Positions 40,801 to 53,468 of a DNA stretch of 64,000 bases are shown here, one piece after another. The notes under the pieces are model-generated. The model made no database searches. It worked only from the letters and a program-made list of their open reading frames with translations, and was not told the origin of the DNA. Source of the DNA: Aplysia californica. Its lineage: Eukaryota. The position numbers were made by a program, and so were the translations under genes. Each line of letters begins with the position of its first letter. Positions within the stretch are counted from its first letter, which is position 1. The stretch is from contig NW_004797513.1 of the NCBI RefSeq assembly GCF_000002075.1, positions 80,539 through 144,538 of the forward strand, given 5' to 3'.

Positions 40801-43800
40801 CACAACACTCGAGGACGACAAGACCTCCGACGATAGCGGTGCTTCCGACGATTTGGTAGGTGTGGCATTCGTCGCTGTCACACCCACGGGCAAAGGGGCA
40901 GAGCTACCTTTGGATGTCATGGCAGAGGAGGAGGAGGGGGAGGGGCTTGAGTTCTGGCTAGACTGCTGAACGCCAACAGGTAAGGGACTCAGGGGTGGTG
41001 TGTCTTTGTTCACAGGAATCCCGTTAAAGGAGGAGGATGAGTGAACTTTGATACCATCCGGGGAGCCATTAGAGGTCGTCTGTCTGCCTCGAGACATTCT
41101 GCAAAAGAGTTGTGACAAATTCTATCACTCAAATGCATGGAGTTAACATTAAAACACACAACAATTTATTGGCTATATCTTAACAAACTCACAGAGGCAA
41201 TTTCTTTCTTTTTTTGTTCGAGTGTAATGCCTTCTACAACAATAACAAAACTAATCTAATCTGAAACTCGAGTTTTAGACAATGTTTTAATATTTCAAAT
41301 AACTAATTCCATTATAGGGACTGAAAAGTTTAAGACCACAACAAAGTTACACTCTTAACCCCATCCTTACTGGGGCCTTAGTGGTTAAGTCGTAAATGTA
41401 CCAAGGATTTTAAAAAACTAGAAATATTGGGGAGGCAGACTCTTAAATGGATGGTACATGTACTAGGGTGTGTTCTTGATGAAGGCATTTACCCTTGCTC
41501 AAAACAAGGTTCTGTACTTTCATGACCAGCAACGGAACAAGTGTACACAAAAGGATCAACATTCACTTTTTATTTATTACATTACACTCTGTGAATGCTT
41601 ATGTGTACATCAGAGCAAAGCAAGCCTCTGCAAAGACACATGAAAGTGTCCTTATATTTCTTTTCAATTCAAATAAGCTCATACTTTGATCCTATAATCC
41701 TTCCTATCATTACTTACTTTTCTGATGGAATGGGCCTTGTAATGGTTGATCTTGTTCCCTATGAGATTGAAGAAAAGAAAGGTTGGTAAACAAAGGCATC
41801 AAAAGAAGATAGTGTCAAGAATGCAAAGAAAAATTACTAATCTTACTATGAAAATGACCTTATCAGCTCCCAATTTTCTTTCTCAGGGGAGAAGAAAAAA
41901 TGTATATACCTAAAATTTCTTTCATCAGTAGTGGAGAATTTAATGTCAGCACAGTCTGCTGTACAGTCTAAACAAGAGATGATGCTGAAACACTGAGCTG
42001 TGCTCAATGAAGCACACTGCTGAAGAATGAGCATTGTTCAATATACTTCAAAGAATACAATAACAACATGCCTTTAAATAGCAGTATACACTTCATCATT
42101 ACATTTTAAAGGCATGAAAAATAATATACAGTCAAACCTGTGTAAGACGGCCACCCATTGTCAAGGAGAAAAGTGGCCGCATAAGACAGGTGGCTGTCTT
42201 AGGCAGGACTGATCAAGATGAAGAAAACAAACAATTCCCATCTAAAGTCCCCATCAAAAGTAGCCGCATTGTTGTTGTTTTTGTTGTTGTTGGTTTGTAT
42301 TTTGTTTGTTATTTTATTTTGTTGCTGATTTTGCGCAAGGGTGACAATAAAACGAAATGTGTCAGATGTCGAAGTCCGAGTGCCATGTTAAAACAAACAC
42401 ATGGGTCTCCACCAATCAGAGAATGAGCGACGCTTCTGTCGCAAGTACATGTTGACATCCATTTTTACTTTGTTACTGATTGGGTAAACAGTGACCACTC
42501 ATCTCACGTACGATTTGTGTATGAGTTCTGGGCGGGGCTTATGGGTTATGAGGGATCACATGCTTACCTCACCAGCAGCTGAAACTTGGTACCTATTGAT
42601 CAACAGTGGGAGGGGTCTACGTAACATGATTGGTTGGAGGGACTACCTAACAACAACGACAAGTGATTGGATTCTGACGGCTCACCCACAACGCCAGGGC
42701 CCAGTGCACAATTTATGACAAAACGTAATGGAGTCACCAAGGTGGCCGTCTAAGACAGATGTTATTTTTTAGTGTGATAGGGGTTGTGTATTAAAATATG
42801 GTGGCTGCGGCCGCGTTGGACAGGTGCCCTTTTTACACAGTTAAATTATATAGAAAAAACGCAAGGGGGGAAATGGAAAGTGTCCGTTTGTACAGGTGGC
42901 CGTCTTACAGAGGTGGCCGTCAGGGCAGGTTTGACAGTACTAATGGCCAGAACTGTTAAAGTACTTTTTTAAAAGTACCTAAGAACAAATTTAAGTACAA
43001 TCTAAAAAATGTACTTAAGCACAGTAAAAGTACTTGAGAGTACATTTTGAGTATTTTCTGCTAATATGCTAAAACACTTCAGTGCTAATGCAAAACATCA
43101 CATTGAATAACATATCCAGTATATTTGACAAATTAGGCCATTTATTACTAAAAATGTAAACAGTATGCCAAACCAAACAAACAGACGCAACTAGTGGGTA
43201 AGTGATATTATGAATAGAACTTGTTTGAGCAAGACAAAGTGATCAAATGTAAGTCAGTCCAAGAGGTCGGAAAGTTCTACAGGAGCAGTATCCAAATTGG
43301 AAAATGTAGATACAAAGTTGCTCTTAAAAAAACATAAAATTGATGAAAATGGCCAGCATAGAAATGAAAAAGTGCATTGAATTCTTCATTAACAAATCCT
43401 CAATTCAAGGAATCAATGTAGCCTTCAGCAAAAACCACAAAAAAAAGTTTAAAAGAAATTTAGGTAGCCTAAAAAATTGTACATTGAGAACTCAGTTTCT
43501 ATTTCAACTGATTATAGTGGTAAGACAGATTTTGGTCACACTGTGTAGTCCACGGCGCCCACGGCAAACCAAAATACATGCAGTCTCATAGAGTCTAGTA
43601 AGTGTATTTGTGTAACTTAAGATTCTCTACTACAGTAGTCTCTGCCCGAGATCCCAGAGCTCGGAAACAAGGAAAATACAGGATCTTCGCCGACGAAGCC
43701 AAGGAAGAATGTAGAGTGACCCATGAACTGACGTGACCCCTGGGTGGGTTTATGACATATGGCGAGCAAAGAGTGGTCAACCTTGATGACCAATCACAGT

Positions 43801-46800
43801 GGCATGAGGCATGCCATATATATACACTCATTAGCCTATCGTGAGTCTTGAGATTTTTATCTACTTTTATCCAGTTGCCCCTCCCCTTTACCTGTCCAAC
43901 AATTTTAGTTTTCCATCTCTGATTGAGCCCCCGCGCTTTTGTCGTTACACACCATTATGTTGTGACCACACCAATTAAAATTCAGGCTGTCTCACAAATT
44001 CAGGAATAGAGAAGAACTGCTTTCAAAGGTCAGAGAAGAGTTCACAGTTCGATGTGATCCCGCCGGGAGCAAACTTGTAGGCCCTACCCACCCAGCGAGT
44101 GATGTAAGTTTCAGTGGCGAGCTCAGATAAGAGTGCGATGTTTGGTGAAAAGAAACGCATCAGTCAGTTTACACCTTGGTAAGATCCCGTCTGGGGCAAA
44201 CATTGTACCGTTTCATGGAGTTTTACAAAGCTTGTGATCACATTCACGAGAGCGGCTGATCTTTGACGCGACGGGCCGTTCTTTGATCTCAACTTTTAAC
44301 TCTTGGTTGATCGGCTGTGTCCGTCCACGTGTTTGTTCCGTAAATTTTAATCAGAAATGCCGGCACATACCCTTTTGTTAAGCTTCAAAAGTACTCAAAA
44401 TGTACTTTAAAAATACTCAAGAGTACTTTTCTAAAACGTATCGGAGTACAGTAAAAGTACAGGTTCTAAAAAATGTACCGGAGTACAGTAAAAGTACCGA
44501 AAATTGTAACGTCTCTGCTAATGGCAGACACATGTCTTTTCCATAGTGACAAATGGAAATTAAAACATATAAAATGGCTTCACGAAAAAGAGACACACAA
44601 TTTTAAAAGTCACATAAAAAAAACCAAAAAAAATAACAACCTTTTGAGTGGATAAGTTCTAAACTACAGTTACACAGTACAGTAGAAACTATTAAAGACA
44701 GCCGCCCATTGTAGAGGATATAAGTAGCCATATTAAACAGGTGGCTATCTCACACGGTGTCATAATAATGTAAAAAATAAGCAAAGAAAGAATTGAGAAG
44801 TGGTTTTTAGTATAGGTGCTCTTATACAGGTGACCCCTAGAGCAGGTTCAACCCTACCACGATTTCCACACTGAAACAATACTGTAGCAGACTAGTATTC
44901 CTGAGTCATAAAGTGTGTGTCCAGCATTGGTAAGCACTGACCGGTAATCTTTGCGCATTCGCTCGAGTTGGAGATGGTGGGATGGCAGCATCCCTGACAT
45001 GTTGATGAGGTGATTCAAACATAGGAGTGTTCGCCAGCAGCTTCATACAGTCTTCCAAGGTGGTGATGAAAGTGTCACACGTTGCTCCAATCAGAGATGT
45101 GGATTCCGTCAGTTTCTGTAACACAAAAAGAAACAATCAACAGAGCCAGCAGCTTTGTGGGAAGTAACATGAATGACATAAGTAATAATAATTATACTTA
45201 ATTAATCAATAATTTGTATAGTGCATGTTCCCACTCAAAAGCAATCTCTAAGCACTTTACTATCTATTTTATTACCCTAGAAGAGCTTATAACACTCAGA
45301 AACATTCTCTGTTATCCGGAGAGCATACAGTGTAAGCAGCTGATTAAGCACTCAAATACCAACAAACTGACAAGATATTTAACTGTTTATAGCCGTATAC
45401 CTATTCCCACACGTGAATTGAGGAAATATATGTAAAGGGCCTTTCCCGAAGACAGAAAATCAGGCCCCTAAAGGGGTTTAAACCAATGACTATTTGGTTG
45501 CGAAAATAACAGCCTAATTGCTAGACAACTGACGCCACATTATAATGTCTATGACTTATGAAAGAAAAGGATGGAGAGCCATAACCATCAAAGTCAGCTC
45601 CAAAGTATATCCCCACTCGACAGCAAGCTCTAAGCGCTTCACACTATATCATTATGTTTACCCCAGCAGACCCTAGAATTCTCAGAAACATTCTCAACTC
45701 CCCGTGAAGCACACAGTGCAAGAAGCTGATTAAGCACTCAAACACTAACAAACTTACAAAATCTTTCGCTGTCAATATCCATGCCCATCTGAATAAAGCG
45801 AGGAAATTTGGTAAAGCGGCCTTTCCCAAGGACACAACATCGAATCCCTGACAGCATTTGAACCCACGACCTTACAGTTGCAAGTCCGAGAGCCTTACCT
45901 TTAGATCACCGACACCACAGAAGCATACTTCTAACACTTTCTCTCAGAAATGAAAATGGGTTCTAGAAATGCATCGGCAGACATGTATCAAACTATACAT
46001 CAATCTAAGGCTTAAGTTACCTCTGTGTCCACTTTTCCGTCCGTCACTTTTGCAGCTTCCTTCACAGAGTGAACTTGCTGCATGAGCAGGTCACAGTACA
46101 ACCTCAGCTCAGACTTTTTGGTCCGCACAAGATCAGGCATAGCATCTGAAAGCACAAAAAAGGGGGTTTACTGCACTTACGTAGTTAATATAAAAGAATT
46201 AAGGGCCCTTAGTTATCTAAAACAAATCTTTGCCTTCAGTCAATATTTACTATTTGTGAATGTAAAGCAGAAAAGGCAATGTCTGGCTTCTTGTGCCATG
46301 TCTTCACATTATCTCTGTTAATATAAAGGTCATAGGTGTGGAAAAATTTTCACGACACTAAACGTGTGTCTAACACTGATCGCCAGTCATTATGTGCTGA
46401 AGGTAAACCCTAACATGTAGCAGGACACATATGTCCCCCCCCCCAAAAAAAACCCTCTAGCGATGGAAGTCATAACAAAATATTTGCTATACTTATCGGA
46501 AATTCTGTGCTATTACTGTTTCAGTATAAGATGTAACAAAAACCCCCAAAAAAATCTTTATTCCATTATCCTTATTTATGTCTAAATTAACGTGACATCA
46601 TACCAGCGTCTTTCCTTGCTGCGCTAGTTTCGCTGAAGGAAGCCTTTGAGCTGCCAAGGGCTATGAGCCATGACTGTCGGTCCTGTGGCGTGCTGGCCTT
46701 GACATAGTAGTGCTGTTCCCCAGGGATGATCAAGTCAAGCCTTGTCATGTCTGCTGGGTGCACTGCAAGAAAAGGGAATGATCTTAGTAACTGTAAGGTG

Positions 46801-49800
46801 ACATTTACTTCTTTCCTCTCACCCAGTCCTGACATGTTTTTCATGTAAAAGGGGAGGGGTTTTTTGTTGGGTTTTTTATCTTTGGTAAGTGTTTTACTTT
46901 GCTTGCAACTGCATAAGGTCATATGAGCGCGCAGGACACTTTAAACTTTTTCAGTTGGTAAGAAATTTTTAATTTTGCCCGGGTGGCGACCGAAGCCTAC
47001 TCTTATCAATTTTAGATCACCAAGGGATCTTCAACGTGTGCAACTTGCACACGGGCCCTTCGAAATTTTTCACCCTTGTCCGAGAAGGCTAGGGGTAGAC
47101 AGGTGCTCTGGTGTGGTTTGCTTCTTCTTTCCTATCAAACATCTATCGTCCTTATCTCACCTCCTTTTTTATGTCTGTTACTCTCTTGTAACACCTCTAA
47201 TCTTCTGGCGCTCATATGACCTTATGCAGTTGCGAGTGCCGTAAAACCTCTACTAAAAAAAAAAAAGAAGATCAGGGGAGTGACTGAAAGGCTGCAGAAA
47301 GAGTCAGGAGTGGCTGAAAGGCTGCAGAAAGAGTCAGGAGCCCAGAGGTGGGGGGCGAAGGAGGTGAGGGGGCAGAAAGAGGAGACGAAAGCAGACGACA
47401 GAACATTGCTGGAGAGCAGAAAAGGAAGTGAAAGGAAACAATTTTAGAGAAGAAAATTTTTCGGTTGCTACCCGGATTCGAACCCGAGACCTTTGAATGA
47501 GAGGTCAACACTTTAACCTGTAAGCCACGAGAGCCCCCCATGTAAAAGGGGAGTCACTTTGCATAGAATATGTAACACTGAAAATAAGTACAATGAGAAG
47601 ACCACACTAGAGCATTTACCAACCAACATGCAACACTTGAAGCAGCAAAAAAGATACTTGTGACACTTGAAGCAACAAAAAATATTTTTCTAATAAAGAC
47701 TTTCACTACCTACAGTAAAACATTGGGTGGGAAAGCATGACGAAAACAGGAGGTGAATATACAAACAAAACTAATAATCACAAGGTCTGAAGTGTACATG
47801 CAAGAGGTGATAGGCAATCTCAAACCAATATACATCTTACTACTTCAGATTAATTTAAAATCTAGAATAAAGCATCAGCTCTTCAAATCCCTTGAAAAGA
47901 TTCCATAGCAATTTTAACACTAACCAACAACTTTTTTGTAAATTTATAAAAATTACCGAAATAAAGAGACTTCTGTTTCTCCTGTATAGAATGGACATGG
48001 TTGATAAAAATGTTAAAATTGAAAAATAATGAGTATTGTTTTGGATTTTGATAGAGGTCAGAAACAAAAATAAATCTTTAAAAATGTCAGCCTCAACACT
48101 TGCTACCTTCAAGCACTAAACCCAGATACTCTTTAGGTGAAAAAAGAAGTCAGAACTTTATGCTTTCTTTCTTCCAATTCATTCCATCATGGAAGAGCAA
48201 AACATTGCAGTATTCACTCTTTGCATTCTAAAGAACATACCCACAATGTCACACACAGTCATCTTTATGGAGCCTTTACAACCATTGTTCACATCTTCCT
48301 GAGATTTGTAGTAGGACAAAACACCATTGTCCAATATGAACCATCGAGGCTGCCATCCTGTAAAAACGAAACAATAGCAATCATAAAATCTCCATCAATC
48401 CTGGAAAAAAGTTACCATGGAAGTGAACATAATTGTCACTAATGGCTCAGCAATACATAAGGCCAACTTTCATTGTTAGAAATCACTGAAGATTTTACCA
48501 TTTTGATCACCTTTGGTTTTGTACACCTTTTCAGGGAAATTCGCCTCTATTGTCGGGAAACTTCCCCACGCAGGTCTATTGATTTTCCATTTGTTGTTTT
48601 ACTTTGATTTACCACTTTTATTAAGGGGGAAAACAAAGAAAAGAATCAATAAACAAGTATACGGGGGCTCTCGTGGCCTAGAGGTTAAGGTTTTGGCCTC
48701 TCATTCAAAGGTCCCGAGTTCGAATCCGGGTAGCGACCGCAAAATTTTCTGCTCTAAAATTGTCTCCTTTCACCTCCTTACCTTTCCTTCTCACTAGCTA
48801 TGTTCTGTCGTCTGCTTTCCTCTCCTCTTTCTTCCCCCACCCCCTCACCTCCTTTGCCTCCTCCTCTGGGCTCCTGACTCTTTCTGCAGCCTTTCTACTG
48901 CTACTCCTTGGCTCCTTCTTACTGCTGTCTTTCAGCCACCCCCTTGATCTTCTGAGGAAAGATCTACACCTAGCCTTCTCGGAGAAAGGCGAAAAATCTC
49001 AGAGGGCCCGTGTGCAAGTTGCGCACATTAAAGATCCCTTGGTGATCTAAAATCGATAAGAGTAGGCTTCAGCCGCCACCCGGGGAAAATTATAAATTTC
49101 CTACCAACTGAAAATGTTAGGTGTGTCCCACGCGTTCATATATGACCTTTTGCAGTAGCAAGCACCATAAAACACTTGGCTACCAACCCACCCCCCCCCC
49201 AAAAAAAAAACCCAAGTATACTTAAACTTTATATAGAGTTTTGGAGAAAGTTGTTGAAGCTGTTTAAGGTAGATCTAAACAAAGCTGCTTTGGGGCAGCC
49301 CGAGAATTAAGTGTTCCCAGAAAAACTCTTGCCGACCATGTCTCAGGTCGATCAACTTTTGGAATGAGGGCTGGGAGGGAGAGAAATAAAATTATTGAAA
49401 AAGTGATTGCAGCTGAAATGCACGTTTCCCTTTAACGAAAGATCAGTTTTTACACATGTTTAATAATCTACATAGGCCTAATAACGAAATTTATTAAGAA
49501 GATCTCCCAGTATGGTGAATTTCCCCTCAAGGACTGGCGACGTTCCCCGTCTCCAAATGCACTTGAAAAAAGAACGAAGCAGCTGAAGAACAAAGCATCA
49601 AGACCAAGCAAACCAATCAGTCGACTATCTGCAATTCTTCATTGGCTACGAAAAGTTGCAGACGAAACAGGGGTCATAAATAACGTTGAGCATAGAAGAG
49701 GGGGTGGTGATCTTATACTTTAGCACGTTAAATTCCCAAAGTCTACTAGATCTAAACCCCGACTCAGACCTTCAAAACTTTGAACTGAGCCTAAAAATGC

Positions 49801-50622
49801 GTAAATAATTTTGTCACGAACAGATGGTATAACAGTGGTTTTCGGTCTTCCATCATGATTTTGGAAGCCATTAGTATAATCTGGAATAGGTCGACCTTGT
49901 TTTAAAGTGGTCGCTCGTTACGGAAAAGGGAATAAATCAATTGAAGAATTTAACGTGCTAAAGTATAAGATCACCGAGGCGGTGTAGCCTAGTGTAGGCT
50001 AGTTTTGTCGCTAGCTAACAGAGTGCCGAAGTTACCCCACTCTACTCTAGTAACTTATGACAACACAACAGAAACAGCAGATCTAGATCTAGATTAGATA
50101 TCTAGATCTAGATCTAATAGTTTATCTAGTAATAGGCCAACTCAGTCTTTAGACACTTTAGTGTAGCTGTCCAGCAAGTGCAGCAACTTTGCAAGGGCAA
50201 GAAGGGATACCTGACCATGGCCATTCCACGGGTTTTTCCAAAGAAATATACTAAATGCACCATAGAGACACGGGATCTTAGCCTGTATCTTCAACAGAAA
50301 CCATATATCACTAAAGAAACTCAAAAATACGAGTGGGTGGGGCCAATTTTCGCCGGTCTGCTCGACAGCGGTGAGGTGAATGGATCTTCCAGATCTTCTG
50401 CTGATCGATGAGGAGTTTCGACATCGAAGACCAGAGATCCTACTTAAATACTTAACATAAAAGACAGGGAAATCTATTTCACAGCAGATACTTATCAGAT
50501 ATTTCATCAAACCAACACTTGTTATAACATCCTGTTCAACAAAAAGAAAGAGAGGCATCAAACGTATCATGCATGTCCCTACCTGAAAGGTAGTTGGTCC
50601 ACTTCCATAAGACGCCCTCCAT
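34851..50622 (-). CDS. PLEKHA8: PLEKHA8/FAPP2 ortholog (PH + glycolipid transfer domain), 579 aa. Exons 50622-50583, 48357-48241, 46762-46604, 46145-46021, 45115-44942, 41758-41718, 41098-40625, 40143-40058, 39730-39672, 37700-37570, 36220-36088, 35051-34851
   Basis: PH start [30 protein letters not shown]; [15 protein letters not shown]; GLTP motifs [23 protein letters not shown] and [10 protein letters not shown]. All introns are GT-AG, and exon lengths sum to 1740 nt in frame with the stop at 34851. Confidence 0.95.
35253..35565 (+). mobile_element. piggyBac-like internally deleted element
   Basis: Imperfect ends ttaacactttgaaccc / gagctcaaaggtgtaaa; internal acidic peptide [16 protein letters not shown]...DSDD resembling piggyBac transposase N-termini. 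Confidence 0.45.
36305..36815 (-). mobile_element. SINE family A, copy 2 (inserted in a pogo-type MITE)
   Basis: Full-length similarity to the other family A copies. Confidence 0.88.
42130..42937. mobile_element. Tc1/pogo-type MITE
   Basis: TA-flanked cagtcaaacctg... / ...caggtttgacag. Confidence 0.8.
42948..44517. mobile_element. Non-autonomous hAT element
   Basis: Perfect 8-bp TSD ctaatggc (42940-42947, 44518-44525); imperfect CAGA TIR; AAAGTAC subterminal repeats at both ends. Confidence 0.85.
45240..45920 (-). mobile_element. Two tandem degenerate tRNA-headed SINEs (family D, L2-type tail)
   Basis: Minus strand: tRNA-like head (gggttcaaat), gttgtgtccttgggaaagg core and gtgaagcgcttagag tail; two copies at about 45240-45540 and 45615-45920. 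Confidence 0.75.
46857..47538 (-). mobile_element. SINE family A, copy 3, with a nested family B insertion (47101-47265, + strand)
   Basis: 15-bp TSD catgtaaaaggggag (46842-46856, 47539-47553); the nested element ends in the shared tail plus poly(A). Confidence 0.9.
48663..49212 (+). mobile_element. SINE family A, copy 4
   Basis: Head gggggctctcgtggcctagaggttaag...gttcgaatcc (A box, B box); TSD caagtatac (48654-48662, 49213-49221). Confidence 0.92.
49706..49975. mobile_element. 270-bp MITE, Merlin-like
   Basis: Perfect 30-bp TIR ggtgatcttatactttagcacgttaaattc; 8-bp TSD gagggggt/gaggcggt (7/8 match); 5'-GG termini. Confidence 0.75.
50080..50130. repeat. (TAGATC)n palindromic hexamer array
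   Basis: Read directly, in PLEKHA8 intron 1. Confidence 0.85.
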
Positions 50623-50839
50623 GTTTGTTGTGATATACGTCGACAAGTAGAGCTATGCATAGCACTCTAAATGCATGTAATTCTAAAATCAAGAAAAGAC
50701 TTGGTGTTGCTAACAGGCTTGACCAAAAGATTATTTTATTCCGATAACAGCTACAAACGTTACATTTTTACTTGTAGTCCTAATTAAACATGAGTATTTT
50801 CGTATGATGGTATGATTTTTTTTTCAAGGACATTAAAAG

Positions 50840-50960
50840 TAATGGAGGATGCTCTGTGGGCGGCACCCTACGCCTGATAGGAGCCCTGTCTCGCGGCGGA
50901 ACTGTGGGCTACCTGCGCGTGCGAATGCCCGACTAACGCACTGAAATCTTGTTAAGAAAG
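50840..50960. promoter_or_regulatory. Candidate PLEKHA8 promoter (CpG-rich patch, NRF1-like tgcgcgtgcg)
   Basis: Local GC/CpG enrichment 220-340 bp upstream of the ATG; motif at about 50913-50922. Confidence 0.35.
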
Positions 50961-51319
50961 AAGGTTTTATTCCGAGGTCCTTGAGATTAGGCAAGTCAAT
51001 TAGTAAAAATGCCTTGCACCTGTGTTGTATTTAAGTGTAAGAACCGATATGCTGCTGCAGTGGACCGAAATTTTCGCAGTTAAGTTGTTTTCCTTTTAAA
51101 AAATTTGAATTAAGAAAGTGTTTTTATGCCCCCAGCAACACAATTTAGATCATTAATATTTATAAGAGGCTGGCTCCGGGGCTACATGCCAAGGCCAACC
51201 CAGGCTGAAAGGGATACAACACCCCAGCAGAAAGGCCGAGATACCCAATTTTTTTAAAGTATTCTTATTCATAAATATATATATATATATAATTATTATG
51301 TGTAGGTATATATAATTAT

Positions 51320-51395
<76 letters not shown>

Positions 51396-52257
51396 CCTTT
51401 GTGTGTGCAAATTAGATGCTACTGTAGTCTAAATGTTGATATCTAGAGGCTCCATTAGAATATGAAATCAATACCCAACAACAATAAAGATGAATATTTT
51501 CTATGTTAAAGAAACACCAAACCATACTAGATGAGGGGAGAGGGTAGGGTGGGGTGGATAAGAGTTTGAGTCTTGTTAGATAAAACTATACTCGGTTTAA
51601 TTCTATTGTTGTAGTCTTCACCTAAGATCCCACAATCAATAATTCCGGTTCACTTAAGATTCTCCTGTTAAAAAAATAAACCACGTTACTCTCCATATCA
51701 TACTTTACTGAACAAACAAAAACACAAAAAAAACCTTCAAAGGTCATGCACGCTCATGCATACGATCACACCTCCAAAGGTGCTGTTATCTCTTTCTTTT
51801 TTTTAGATATTTGAAATCATTGTGCGCTCCTCTTCGTGAAAACCAGGAAACAAAATTATTGTAATCAATAATATTATTATTTATAGACCAAGACATACTT
51901 TTAGCAATCTGATAAAGCTGGCATCGACCCTCTTTTGTGTCCGCTATTCCTTACACATAAAGTTAGTTATGGCACACGCCTAGAATCATGCAATCATATC
52001 TTAAATTCAGTTTAAAAGTATATTTTTATCCATTTCTTATAATTAAATATTTTAGCATCTTGAAAGATTATCTTTATAATTTGGTATGTTTGATAATTGT
52101 ATGTTACTCGTACAAGTTTTGTTCTTATTTTACACATCTTTTTGATTTTTAAACTAGATTATAACATAACACTCTTAAAGAATTGAAAAGTCCGTATCAC
52201 ACACAGAATTTTTTTTTTCTCCCTGTCAATATCCGTCAGCCCGTCAGTTGATCACAA

Positions 52258-52321
<64 letters not shown>

Positions 52322-53405
52322 AATTTTTCCCATTCTCCTTCGTCCCTTCCCAAGGCCCGCCTCTCCTCTTTCATACCAGCCCCATCCCCTCTTCCTTGCG
52401 TGCATTCCCCCACCCCGCCCACCGCCACAACGTGGCCCAGCCCGATAAGATTCTATAAAAAGAAACGCCACAGTTTGTGATTTAGCCCACAGTCGGCGGC
52501 CATAGTTGGCGACGCGAAGAGAGAGAGGAGGCTCCATTAGTTCCAAGCTCCTTGGTTTTTTACTCGTACTTTTGTACTTTTGTGTTTGTTTTTCTTGCAT
52601 TTATAAATCTATACTTGAGGGTGGGCATGAAATCTGTACACCATCTAAGCAATGTAACCTCATAGGGAAAATTAATTTTAGCATGTTGACTCACACCTTT
52701 GATTTAGATCAATTTTGAGAGGTTTTTGTCGATGGCACCTTTTTCTGATGTACCGGTACCGTGAAAATCAAGGATGTTTTTCACGTCTCTGAACCCTTCT
52801 TTTCACAGATTTCCGGGGGGAAAAAACATACTTTTGAGAAAGCTTAAGCATCGGATACAATCTTTTGCTACTTGGCATTTATACTTTGCATTTTTTCTCT
52901 ATTTGATGGCATGTATGTAAATAATAACCAAGATTATGGTGGAGGCATGCGTAAGGATACATGTAGCCTAAATATATGTAGCCTACTATAATAGGCCTTA
53001 CGTCTATGCTTTCTCAGTCCTAAGCCAAATAGCCCGCACGACTGGCCTCGGCATTGGAGGCCGGATATTTTTCGCGCTTATCTTGATAAGCTCGCCTCGG
53101 GTCCAGTCCTTATCTTATCGAGGTTCAATGCGAAAAACGGCCATTAAATGCGAAAAGCGGCCATAAGCAGATGCTCTAATACTAATACGTATAATACAGG
53201 TGATGGAACATTCTTGCATTATACTTTTGCGTGCCTATAGTGTAAAGTGTGTAGTGTGTAGCGTCTTGTCTGTCTAATCTACTAGCCTCTTATCATTGTT
53301 TCATTCAGTGCTGTTGGAAGTACAGGTTCTTTTCGTTTGGATGTATTTTTACTATGAAAGTGGCTATTCTCACCCGCCCGGAAGTTCTCGCAAGATCAAC
53401 TCCTC

Positions 53406-53468
<63 letters not shown>

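Noticed and set aside
48663-48740. tRNA gene-like sequence with A and B boxes (also 12310-12380, 47470-47538, 56443-56510)
   Set aside because: Heads of SINE copies with shared bodies, tails and TSDs; not standalone tRNAs.
50142-50660. 172-aa minus-strand ORF overlapping the PLEKHA8 start
   Set aside because: Different frame from the conserved [11 protein letters not shown] exon, and no recognisable protein.
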